From positions 1-63,257 of the forward strand of contig RQSC01001094.1 of assembly GCA_013416795.1 (NCBI GenBank): a stretch of DNA of 63,257 nucleotides, read 5' to 3'. The DNA comes from Prasinococcaceae sp. CCMP 1430 (Eukaryota; Plantae; Prasinodermophyta). Each line of letters begins with the position of its first letter. Position 1 is the first letter of the stretch. Below, piece by piece: positions 1-9,445 of this stretch. Both the position numbers and the translations under genes were made by a program. Below the pieces are notes generated by a model, which worked only from the letters and a program-made list of their open reading frames with translations, was not told the DNA's origin and did not search any database.

Positions 1-2
1 AG

Positions 3-794
3 GCGGCGGCCGCCGCCGAGCGCGCGCGCGCCGAGCGCGCGCAGAGGAAGCGCGAGCGCCGGCGGGAGCGGCAACAGCAGGGGGGGCAAGAGGCAGGGGG
101 CGGCGAGGAGCGGAATCAGGATGAGGAAGCGGTGGTCGGAGCCAGCGGAGGCCAGGACGGGAATGACAGAGGGCGCGGCGCCAAGAGGAGACGCGAAGCG
201 GCCGCGCGCTCTGCCACGGCGGCACCTGACGGCAAGGGCGGCGAATACGAGACGGTTGCGCGCCGCCCGCATGCGCTCGCTGCATCGCTACGGCTATTCT
301 ACGAGGGCAAGGAGGCCGTGCCGGACGCGCAGGTGGCGCGCCTGATGCGTCGCGTGGCTCAGCCTGGGAGGAAACAATACGGTGGTATGGGGCTTGCCAA
401 GCCAAGCAAGCTCCTGCTCCCCACTGAGGGCGACTTCCTTGAGAAGCTCGAGGACGCCTTCGACGAGCGCATCGAGGGCTTCAGCAGCGGCAAGGCATCC
501 TTCAAGGGCCTCAGCCGCAAGCAGGAACAAAAGACCATGTTGTGGAAGAAAGCGCTCGACGCCAAGCAGGCGTCGCAGCAAGAGGTCGCGCGGCGCCAGG
601 AGGCACGCGAGCTCGCGGAGGCCGGCGGCGGGCGCCTCAGCGGGGGCGCCGGTGGGGTGAAGGCCGCGCGGGCGAGGAAGGGCTCCAACGCGCCAAGCTC
701 TACGCTCGCGGCCTTTCTCGCCGAGGAGGAGGCGGCGAAGCGCGCTCGCCAGCCTCCGCGCCAGAAAAAGAAGAGCAAGTGGCGCAAGGGCTGA
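3..794 (+). CDS. Hypothetical protein, 3' part (frame open to window start)
   Basis: The frame of ORF 132..794 stays open back to position 3. It has a globular-looking core (LRLFYEGKEAV...FDERIEGFSSGK...TMLWKK) and a basic K/R-rich tail. Family not recognised. Confidence 0.55.
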   Translation, partial: AAAAAERARAERAQRKRERRRERQQQGGQEAGGGEERNQDEEAVVGASGGQDGNDRGRGAKRRREAAARSATAAPDGKGGEYETVARRPHALAASLRLFYEGKEAVPDAQVARLMRRVAQPGRKQYGGMGLAKPSKLLLPTEGDFLEKLEDAFDERIEGFSSGKASFKGLSRKQEQKTMLWKKALDAKQASQQEVARRQEARELAEAGGGRLSGGAGGVKAARARKGSNAPSSTLAAFLAEEEAAKRARQPPRQKKKSKWRKG

Positions 795-913
795 GCGCGT
801 GGGCTGTAATATCTGCGGGATGCATGCAGGCCTTGGGCTGCAATGGCCAGCACGCCACCCTTCGTGCGAGAGGGCTACAGAGACGTACTATACAACAGTC
901 GCGGAGCGGTGCT

Positions 914-1682
914 CTACGCCCGCGCGGCACCGCCGATGCCACTCGCGCGAGCCTCAACCTGCTGCTCGATCCACGCGGCGAGCTCGGCGTGGCCGCGCTC
1001 ACGCGCGCGCTCGGCGGGCGTCCTCCCGGAGCGGTCGCGCGTGCCAGGGTCTGCGCCGGCCGCCAGAAGCGCTCGCACTGCACTGTCCGCGCCCGCGTCT
1101 GCGGCAGCGCGCGCGCGGAGGTCAGCGCCGGTGCAGCGCGCAACAGCCGAGCGCGCGTGTTGACGCCCAAACCAGCTCGCACCTGCAGCAATGGCTGTGA
1201 CGGTCCAGCCCGCGTGGTTGCCCTCACCAACGAAATCGGCGCCCGCCTCGAGCAGTATCTCCACGATGTGCCCGTGTCTTCGGGTGGCCGCCGCGGCGAG
1301 CGCGCTGTTGGCGAAGCGGTCGCGAGCGTCGAGGTCGACGCCCTGCGCGATGAGCCATGCCACCGCGGCCGCGTCACCCGCGCGAGCGCCCTCTACTAGG
1401 CAGAGCTCGCCGTCGTTGCGAGAGCCAGGTTCGGCGCCCCGCAGCTGCAGCGCTCTGAGCACACCGGCACCCGCGCCGCCGCGGCATGCGGCGCACAGCG
1501 CCCGCGTCGCCGCGCCGTCAGGCGCCCACGGGAAGCCTGCGAGGCACACTACGGCCTCCCAGTTCTTCGACGCAACGGCGGCGCGCATGTCAAGCGTCCA
1601 CTGCGTGCGGCGCTCGACTTCGCGCCGCCGCTCGCCGCCCTCGTCGCCCTCGTCGCCCTCGTCGATGAGCTTGTTGACCTTG
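914..1682 (-). CDS. Ankyrin-repeat protein, 5' end lost in N gap
   Basis: Ankyrin-like units: AWLIAQGVDLDARDRFANSALAAAATRRHGHIVEILLEAGAD and ALLAAGADPGTRDRSGRTPAERARERGHAELAAWI. The ORF runs into the gap. Confidence 0.8.
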
Positions 1683-1911
1683 NNNNNNNNNNNNNNNNNN
1701 NNNNNNNNNNNNNNNNNNNNNNNNNNNNNNNNNNNNNNNNNNNNNNNNNNNNNNNNNNNNNNNNNNNNNNNNNNNNNNNNNNNNNNNNNNNNNNNNNNNN
1801 NNNNNNNNNNNNNNNNNNNNNNNNNNNNNNNNNNNNNNNNNNNNNNNNNNNNNNNNNNNNNNNNNNNNNNNNNNNNNNNNNNNNNNNNNNNNNNNNNNNN
1901 NNNNNNNNNNN
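1683..1911. other. Assembly gap (229 N)
   Basis: Run of N. Confidence 1.
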
Positions 1912-2373
1912 AGGGCGGCGATGGCGGCGATGGAGGCGCGGCTCCGGGCGAGATTGGCGGCGGGGCGTCGTCGGAGGCGGACGAGAGGCCACCTCGGCGG
2001 CGCGCGCTGCGCCCGCGGCCGCAGGGCGCGATGGCGAGCACGTCGTACCGGTCGGTCGAGTATGTGCTGATGAGCGCTGACCGCAGCGCGAACCGCCACC
2101 TGCGACGGCTGCTGGGCAGCGGGGGGGGCGGTGACGAGGACCAGCGCGCGGCGGCGGTCACGCACGAGGCGCTCGAGCGTGCAGGTGGCGACGAGGCGTG
2201 GGCGAAGGAGTTCGTCAGGCTATCATCGGAGGTATGGACGGGACATGGAACAAACACGCACAGGTGGAATTCCGATTCCTGCTGCGGACCCGCCTCAAAT
2301 GCGATGCCGGCAAGGAGCCCCGCATCTCAAAGCGAAACGACTTGGAAAACGCCATCGAAAGGTGTACGTGTGT

Positions 2374-2946
2374 ATGACCGAGGCCACCAACGCGCTGCTG
2401 CGCGACTACGCTTTCGTTTGTGAAGCGAGGCGCGCATTGCGCGCACTTGTTACAGGCGGCGTCCGCGCCTGGCAGTACAAGTTTGACTACAAGCTCCGCT
2501 GGCCGGAGTCCCAAGAGCTCGGACTTGGCACCTACCACACGTCGGAGCTGCCCTTCGTCTTCAGGCACGCCTGGCCGCAGGTGCGATCGTGCAGACGCGT
2601 GTCTGCAGGCGTCCCACGATTTTATCTCCGCTTGCGTGGCTGCGTGTGTGCTGACACCGGCGACGCGCACGTGCGCGGGTGCGACTCACGCCCGTCCGCT
2701 GCCGGACTCAAGGGCCTGCGCCACTTCGACGCCGAGGAGTGGGCCATCGCGGACCTCTTCAACACATTTTGGGGAAACTTTGCGGGGACCGCCGACCCCA
2801 ACGTCGGCGCGCAGACGCCGCCACTGCGCTGGGAGCAGTTCTCCGGGACCGCCAGCTATTTGAGGATAAACCATTCTCCCTCGATGCAGCAAGGCCTCGC
2901 CAAAGACGTGTGCGACATTCTCGACGAGGTCCCGCTCGAGCTGTAG
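2374..2946 (+). CDS. Type-B carboxylesterase/lipase family, C-terminal part only
   Basis: LLRDYAFVCEARR, AWQYKFDY, catalytic-His motif TYHTSELPFVF, and FWGNFAGTADPN...WEQF...YLRIN. Probable intron starting at GTGCGA 2581. The N-terminal catalytic Ser region is not found. Confidence 0.7.
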   Translation: MTEATNALLRDYAFVCEARRALRALVTGGVRAWQYKFDYKLRWPESQELGLGTYHTSELPFVFRHAWPQVRSCRRVSAGVPRFYLRLRGCVCADTGDAHVRGCDSRPSAAGLKGLRHFDAEEWAIADLFNTFWGNFAGTADPNVGAQTPPLRWEQFSGTASYLRINHSPSMQQGLAKDVCDILDEVPLEL

Positions 2947-2983
2947 CGCGCAGTCCACCTCGCGATTGTCACAGTGTACAGTA

Positions 2984-3655
2984 CTAATTTACAGTCAACG
3001 ACCCCCTGTCGGCGTCGGCAAGCGCCACAGCTATGATGGGGTCCGCAGCAGTAGCGCCAAGCAAGCTGTCGTCCTCGCCAGCGGCCGATGTGTTCGCGAT
3101 GGTGCCCGACGCCGTCATGACCGCTGCATCAGAGGCGGAGACGCGAGCGCGGAACCGCGCCCAATGGCGCCGGTACCGTGCGCGGTGGGCAGCGGCATCC
3201 GGTGCGGATGGCGTGCCGTCGTCCCCCTCGCCACCGTTTGCGCGATCCACCGCGGCCGCGCATCGCCGCGCACGCGCCTCGGCGTCCGCGCAAAGGCTGG
3301 CGTAGTGTCGCTCGACGAATGCGGCACGCACATTGCCGCCACCGGCCGCTAGCTGCAGCAGTTTTGCGCGCGCGGCCGCCGCCTTGCCGCTCTCGGCGGC
3401 AGCGCTGTGCGTGACGACGACGCGCGCTCGCTTGGGCGAAGGCTGCGCAGCGTCCGCGCCCACAGTCTTCTCGGCCGGCGCCCCGCCCGCCGGGTCCGCC
3501 GCAGCACCAGCCGCTTCTCTGGCTGCCCCTCGCACCCACGGCAGCCCCTCTGCGAGCGCCGCCCGCTCCTCAGCGCGCCGCGCCTCGTCGAGCGGGGCGA
3601 GCAGCTTGGCCTCGCGCGCCAGCGCCTGGAGCTGCCGCGCGCTGTTAAATACCAT
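2984..3655 (-). CDS. Hypothetical Ala-rich protein
   Basis: ATG at 3655 (MVFNSARQLQALAREAK) with helical-looking segments. Divergent from the GARP-repeat gene and ends convergently with the esterase. No family recognised. Confidence 0.4.
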   Translation of the reverse strand: MVFNSARQLQALAREAKLLAPLDEARRAEERAALAEGLPWVRGAAREAAGAAADPAGGAPAEKTVGADAAQPSPKRARVVVTHSAAAESGKAAAARAKLLQLAAGGGNVRAAFVERHYASLCADAEARARRCAAAVDRANGGEGDDGTPSAPDAAAHRARYRRHWARFRARVSASDAAVMTASGTIANTSAAGEDDSLLGATAADPIIAVALADADRGSLTVN

Positions 3656-3843
3656 CGCATACGCACGCTCCCGCGCGCGCTGTGGCGGCCGCCTCCCCCA
3701 CCCTCCCCTGACCCCCCGCTTCCCCCCCACCCCCACGTACGCACCCACCACCACCAGGAGCTGCGCGCGCGCGCTCGAGTGCAATGTAGTTCAAAATGCA
3801 AGGGCAGACGTCCACATTCATTTTGACCTCTTGCGTTTCGGCC

Positions 3844-5138
3844 ATGGCGGCGACGTCGGCAGGTGCACGCCGCGCGCCCTGCCCCTGGGGTGCGCCACAG
3901 GGCGCGCAGGCGGCGGCGGGNCGCGCCGAGCTTTCACGAGCGAGGCGGCCGACGCGGGCAACACTGAGACCGCAGATGTGCGCACCCTTGCGAAGGGGGG
4001 CAGCAGTACTCGCGACGGTGGACGCGTGTCCGTGCGATTCACGCGTGCCATGCAGGCCAAGCTCGAGGAAATAGTCGAAGAGCTCGGCGGTGTGCAGAAG
4101 GACGAGGAACCGGGTGGCGGTGTGCGGGACGGGGCGGAGGGCCGTGTGGGAGGGCGAAGAAGTAGGGATGAAGTCGCCGCGGAGCGCGACTTCTTTGCCG
4201 CCGTGCGCGACGCCATGCAGATCCGTCACGGCGTCAAGCTCACAATGAGGCAGGTTGAGTATCGCATGCGCGTGCTCAAGGACCCCGTCAAATACGGCGC
4301 GCGCACGGTACGATGGACAGAGGAATCCAAGCTGGATTTTGACAGCGCCGTTGCGGCGCTCGGCGGTGTCGAGAACGCGAAGCTGTCGTTGCTCTACGAG
4401 GAACTGAGGAGGCATGGGCTCACATACGTCCAGGTCCAGATGCACCTGCGCGCACTGCAGAAGGCCAGCACGCTTGGCGAGGGTGCCGACGCCACGAGGG
4501 TGGCGTTCACCCACGAGCTCAAGGAGCGTGTGAACGCCTGCGTTGAGCAGCTCGGTGGGGCGCGCGATGCCTCATCGGCGGATGTGTGGGAGGCGCTAAA
4601 AGCGGAGGGGGTCACTGGCGACAGCGGTGGGCTGTCTCTCGCCCAGATCGAGCAGTGGATGTGCCGTCTGCGCGACGATTGGTACACACGAGGCAGCAAG
4701 CCGCTCACAGCCGAAATGCGCACCCGCTTGGATGCGTGCATTGAGGCGCTCGGTGGACCCGAGATGGCCACACCACGTTCGCTGCGCGACGAGTTCGGCA
4801 AAACTGAGGAGGTGGGCACGCTCTCGTACTTTCAGCTTCATCGCTACATCATGTCAGTGCGCAAGCGACAGCCGTGGAGCCCCATGCACGCGGCGCTCAT
4901 TGACGGCGCCATTGCACGACTGGGTGGCCTCGGCAAGGCCACGCCCGCCGATGTCTCGCGCGAGATCGAGCACGCCGCGACGAGTGCGGGAGTAGGCGGC
5001 AGCGGCGACGATGGGGTGGACGGACGCGCGGTGCCTTACGAGACCGTCGTCGCGCGCGTGGCGATGCTGCTGCGCGAAGGGCGCCGCTCGCTGCCGCGTG
5101 CCGTCGGCGCCGTGCGGCCGGGCCCCGTTGCGCAATAA
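3844..5138 (+). CDS. Protein with five tandem GARP/G2-like (Myb-related) DNA-binding repeats
   Basis: Five repeats of the pattern [W/F]T-x-L...A-x-x-x-LGG...AT/AK...L[T/S]. Example: VRWTEESKLDFDSAVAALGGVENAKLSLLYEELRRHGLTYVQVQMHL, versus the GARP consensus LRWTPELH.RFV.AV..LGG...ATPK......V.GLT...VKSHLQ. The ATG at 3844 is in a different frame upstream of the N at 3921, so the start is uncertain. Confidence 0.7.
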
Positions 5139-5368
5139 CCTGTACTTTATACAGAAGCCAGCGCTTTGCAATCGTACTGTATAGTACCAAGCGTCGCTAC
5201 TGTAGCCTGTTTGACAATGTGAATGCCACAGAGTGGCTCTCTAGCTTGATACGAGATAGTCGCAAGCATTGCGGGGCATGCCACGCGCCTGGTTGCAGCG
5301 CGCGCGCTGTACATTTGCGCCGAGGCGTGGCCTTGCGCGCACGCGCGGCGTGAAGATTCGTTTCTACG

Positions 5369-6757
5369 CTACACGCTGCTGCTGGGTACGCCCGAGTCCT
5401 TGCCCTCGCCGCTTCCGGACTGCACACGCTCCGATGCGACCAGCGCACGGACGCGGTCGCTCGCCGAAGCTTCCAGCGCAGCCATGACGGCGTCAGCGTT
5501 GGCGATGGAGTCAAATGCCGAGTGGTGCGTGCGCTTGCCGATCCCTCCTCCAACCTCGACATTCATGTGACCCGACACGCCGGCGCCCTGCCCCGCCTTG
5601 GGCCAGCCCATCGTGATCACGCGGCGCACGAGCGTCGCGTCCGCGTCGACGCCCCATGACCGCATCCATGCCATCCACGCGTCGACGCTGTCATCGATTC
5701 GGGTCGAATCGTACTCGAATGCATCCAGGTCCTCAGTAGCGACTGTTTCGAAGTCGGTGAACCCAATACTGCGGAGGAAGTCGGCCTGAGAATCGCCGTG
5801 GTGCACCAGCTCGCGCGCCTGCGCCTCGGCCCAGGCGGGATCGATGTACACCTTGACGCCAGTTTTGCGCGCCATCCTGCGTTGCTTGCCGAAGTTGAAA
5901 CCCTCGTCGAGACAGTTATCGATCAATTTCCCGCTTGCGTCGACCATGTGCAGCGAGCTGTTGTGGACGATGCAGTCGCGAGCAAGGCACACGAGCCGCT
6001 CGAAGGGGTGCCTTCTCCACACATTGACCACCCGGGTGGTCTCCAGTGCTTCTGGGCTGAGGAACGTGTGGTGGAAAGCGTTGCGCGCGAGGTCGTAGTC
6101 CATGCGCTTGAACTTGGAGTAGTAGTGCTTGCCTTTCATCCGGTCTTGCGACACCCCATCCTTCAATTTCTTCTCGACAAGCGCCATCTCTGCCTTGGTG
6201 GCACGCCTGTCAATAGGGGGTTCTTCCCTGGCCTTCCAGTGCACCGCGTGCCGGTACACGTCCTTGATGCGCTCGGAGTAGCCGCCGTACGCAGCGATCC
6301 CGTGCGCCTTGAGGATGGCACGTGCCATGGATGCCGCCCACGAGGAGCCCGTGCAGTCCTCCATGAACAGCAAGAAATTGGCAAGCGCGAATTGCGGCGG
6401 CGGTGATGCCTTTGCTGACGCGCCCGCGACGGAGTCGTTCTTCGCTGCACCAGCCGCCTGGAGCGCCTGCGCCGCTTCACCTACGCCTGCGCTATCGCCG
6501 GCCACAGGACTGCTTTCCTCGGCCATCAACCGCGCCTCAACCTGACTCGTAAACACCGCCGCGTTGTGGGGTCCACCTGCGCTGCCGGTCGCGGCATCGG
6601 CGTTGCCAGCGCCGCTGCTCGCGGCGCCAAGGGCGCCCACACCGACGGCGGGCCTCGCGGCGGCCGCGGTCGCGGGAAAAAGCAGTAGCGGGGCCATCGC
6701 TACGATCGCGGCACGCCCGCACCCGCGCCATCGGAGGCAGCCCCTCGGCGTCGCCAT
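5369..6757 (-). CDS. Secreted/type II sulfotransferase-like protein (Stf0-like), copy A
   Basis: N-terminal hydrophobic signal (AAIVAMAPLLLFPATAAAA). Motifs in sulfotransferase order: FMEDCTGSSW (degenerate 5'-PSB), VVNVWRRHPFERLVC (3'-PB-like), VATEDL (YEDL-like), SIANADAVMAAL (Stf0-like C-terminal N..EV..AL). The coding region is reasonably confident; the family call is weaker. Confidence 0.5.
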   Translation of the reverse strand: MATPRGCLRWRGCGRAAIVAMAPLLLFPATAAAARPAVGVGALGAASSGAGNADAATGSAGGPHNAAVFTSQVEARLMAEESSPVAGDSAGVGEAAQALQAAGAAKNDSVAGASAKASPPPQFALANFLLFMEDCTGSSWAASMARAILKAHGIAAYGGYSERIKDVYRHAVHWKAREEPPIDRRATKAEMALVEKKLKDGVSQDRMKGKHYYSKFKRMDYDLARNAFHHTFLSPEALETTRVVNVWRRHPFERLVCLARDCIVHNSSLHMVDASGKLIDNCLDEGFNFGKQRRMARKTGVKVYIDPAWAEAQARELVHHGDSQADFLRSIGFTDFETVATEDLDAFEYDSTRIDDSVDAWMAWMRSWGVDADATLVRRVITMGWPKAGQGAGVSGHMNVEVGGGIGKRTHHSAFDSIANADAVMAALEASASDRVRALVASERVQSGSGEGKDSGVPSSSV

Positions 6758-7576
6758 CGTCGCCTCCGCGTGAGGGCGTTGATTTCTGTCTCCGTACGCG
6801 ATCCGCCAAGCAAACTTCCGCCACGACACCCAACACCCCTCGTTATGGCAAGGCACCCGGGCCAACGCCGCTAACCCCTCCCTGTCGTGCAAAGGAGCGC
6901 CCGGCGGGCAGCGGCACGGCGCGCTGCAGCCCGCGGCCGGTCGCGGCTCGGCGCCCCGCGCCGGCGCGGAGTCCCGCGGCGCGCGCTCAAAGTGGCGCCG
7001 CTCCCCCGAAATTTAAATCTTGACTCAAAGCGCGCAAGCCAAACAAACAGCGACGTCCTCGGAATCCGCGGCTGGCGATTAGCAGCCAGCGAGAGTTTTT
7101 CCGTTGAAACTTGANCCCGCGGCCCGCTGCGTGCGCGCCGGGGAGTAGCGCGGCGGGTGGCGCGCCCGCCAGCGCGCCCGCAGCTCTCGACGCCATCGTT
7201 TGGACGAAGGGCCAGAGCCGGGCGGCGCACTCAAGGAGGCACCCACCGCAGTGCGCGCGCGCGCGCGCCCGTGTGGCGCCCGCGTGTGCGCGCCGGCAAC
7301 CGCAACCGAATCTGCGCGGATAAGCGCCACCGCCCAATCAGAAGCACTGGCGGACGAACTCCCTGCAAGGCAGCATTCATTTTGATATGGGTCGAAGGTC
7401 GCACGTGCGTGCCTGTTTGACAATGTGGATGCCACAGAGTGGCTCTCTAGCTCTAGACACGAGACAGTCGCAAGCATTGCGGGGCATGCCACGCGCATGG
7501 TTGCAGCGCGCGCGCTGTACATTTGCGCCGAGGCGTGGCCTTGCGCGCCCGCACGGCGTGAAGATTCGTTTCTACG

Positions 7577-9032
7577 CTACACGCTGCTGCTGGGTACGCC
7601 CGAGTCCTTGCCCTCGCCGCTTCCGGACTGCACACGCTCCGATGCGACCAGCGCACGGACGCGGTCGCTCGCCGAAGCTTCCAGCGCAGCCATGACGGCG
7701 TCAGCGTTGGCGATGGAGTCAAATGGCGAGTGGCGCGTGCGCTTGCCGACGCCTCCTCCGATCGCGGCATTCATGTGACCCCACACGCCGGCGCCCTGCC
7801 CCGCCTTGGGCCAGCCCATCGTGATCACGCGGCGCACGAGCGTCGCGTCCGCGTCGACGCCCCATGACCGCATCCATGCCAACCACGCGTCGACGCTGTC
7901 ATCAATGTGGGCCGAATCGTACTCGAATGCATCCAGGTCCTCAGTAGCGACTGTTTCGAAGTCGGTGAACCCAATACTGCGGAGGAAGTCGGCCTGAGAA
8001 TCGCCGTGGTGCACCAGCTCGCGCGCCTGCGCCTCGGCCCAGGCGGGATCGATGTACACCTTGACGCCAGTTTTGCGCGCCATCCTGCGTTGCTTGCCGA
8101 AGTTGAAACCCTCGTCGAGACAGTTATCGATCAATTTCCCGCTTGCGTCGACCATGTGCAGCGAGCTGTTGTGGACGATGCAGTCGCGAGCAAGGCACAC
8201 GAGCCGCTCGAAGGGATGCCTTCTCCACACATTGACCACCCGGGTGGTCTCCAGTGCTTTCGGGCTGAGAAACGTGTGGTGGAAAGCGTTGCGCGCGAGG
8301 TCGTAGTCCATGCGCTTGAACTTGGAGTAGTAGTGCTTGCCTTGCATCCGGTCTTGGCTCACATCATCCTTCAATTTCTTCTCGACACGTGCTATCTGTG
8401 CCATGGTGGCATGCATGCTGGAACCTCTCTTCCAGTGCACCTCGTGCCGGTACACGTCCTTGATGCGCTCGGAGTAGCCGTCGTACGCAGCGATCCCGTG
8501 CGCCTTGAGGATGGCACGTGCCATGGATGCCGCCCAAGTCCTTGATGCGCTCGGAGTAGCCGTCGTACGCAGCGATCCCGTGCGCCTTGAGGATGGCATG
8601 TGCCATGGATGCCGCCCACGTGGAGCCCGAGCAGTCTTCCATGAACAGCAAGAAATTGGCAAGCACGAATTGCGGCGGCGGTGATGCCTTTGCTGACGCG
8701 CCCGCGACGGAGTCGTTCTTCGCTGCGCCCGCCTGGAGCGCCTGCGCCACCCCACCTACGCCTGCGCTATCGCCGGCCATAAGACTGCCTTTCTCGGCCA
8801 TCAACCGCGCCTCAACCTGACTCGTGAACACCGTCGCGTTGCGGGGTCCACCTGCGCTGCCGGTCGCCGCATGGGCGTCGCCAGCGCCGCTGGCCGCGGA
8901 GCCAAGGGCGCCCACACCGACGGCGGGCCTCGCGGCGGCCGCGGTCGCAGGGAAAAGCAGTAGCGGGACCATCGCTACGATCGCGGCACGCCCGCACCAG
9001 CGCCATCGGAGGCAGCCCCTCGGCGTCGCCAT
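7577..9032 (-). pseudogene. Stf0-like sulfotransferase-like protein, copy B, frameshifted by an 82-bp internal duplication
   Basis: Close paralog of 5369-6757, split into ORFs 8364..9032 and 7577..8755 by the tandem duplication at 8456-8619. Pseudogene or assembly error. Confidence 0.6.
8456..8619. repeat. 82-bp direct tandem duplication
   Basis: GTCCTTGATGCGCTCGGAGTAGCCG...GATGCCGCCCA starts at both 8456 and 8538. Copy A has only one unit. Confidence 0.95.
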
Positions 9033-9445
9033 CGTCGCCTCTGCGTGTGGGCGTTGACTTCTTTCTCCGTACGCGATTCGCCAAGCAAACTTCCGTCACG
9101 ACGACCAACACCCCTCTTTGTGGCAAGGCACCCGGGCCGACGCCGCTACCCCCACCCTGTCGCGCAAATGAGCGCCCGGCGGGCAGCGGCACGGCGAGCG
9201 GCAGCCCGCGCCCGGTCGCGGCTCGGCAGGCAGCGGGGGCGGCGGGCGCGGCGAGCATCGCGACGCGCCGCGGCGAATTTTCGCGCGCGCGGCGAATTTT
9301 CTCGCGCGCGGCGGATTTCGAATCGTTTGGGCGGCGCTGCCACACCGCGCACAAGGGACGGCGCAGCGCCGCCGCGCGGGCGCACAGACTCCGAACGTCC
9401 GCCCAATCCTCGCGCCCCCCATTTCCCCCCGCGCGCGCCTGTCCC

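Larger units (their letters stand above)
5205..9227. repeat. Tandem segmental duplication (about 5205-6950 vs about 7411-9227)
   Basis: Both copies begin GCCTGTTTGACAATGTG (about 5205 and 7412) and stay collinear through the gene and its promoter, with scattered substitutions and small indels. Confidence 0.95.

Noticed and set aside
2232-2376. Tested as another complemented block that might restore the esterase N-terminal part
   Set aside because: The complement translated in the esterase frame has stops and no convincing esterase motif.
7116-7200. Orphan transit-peptide-like start (MASRAAGALAGAPPAALL) truncated at N 7115
   Set aside because: Too short to call; probably a fragment at a contig join.
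5205-9227. Complement-only blocks in the Stf0-like duplication
   Set aside because: The differences inspected between copies A and B are ordinary substitutions and indels.
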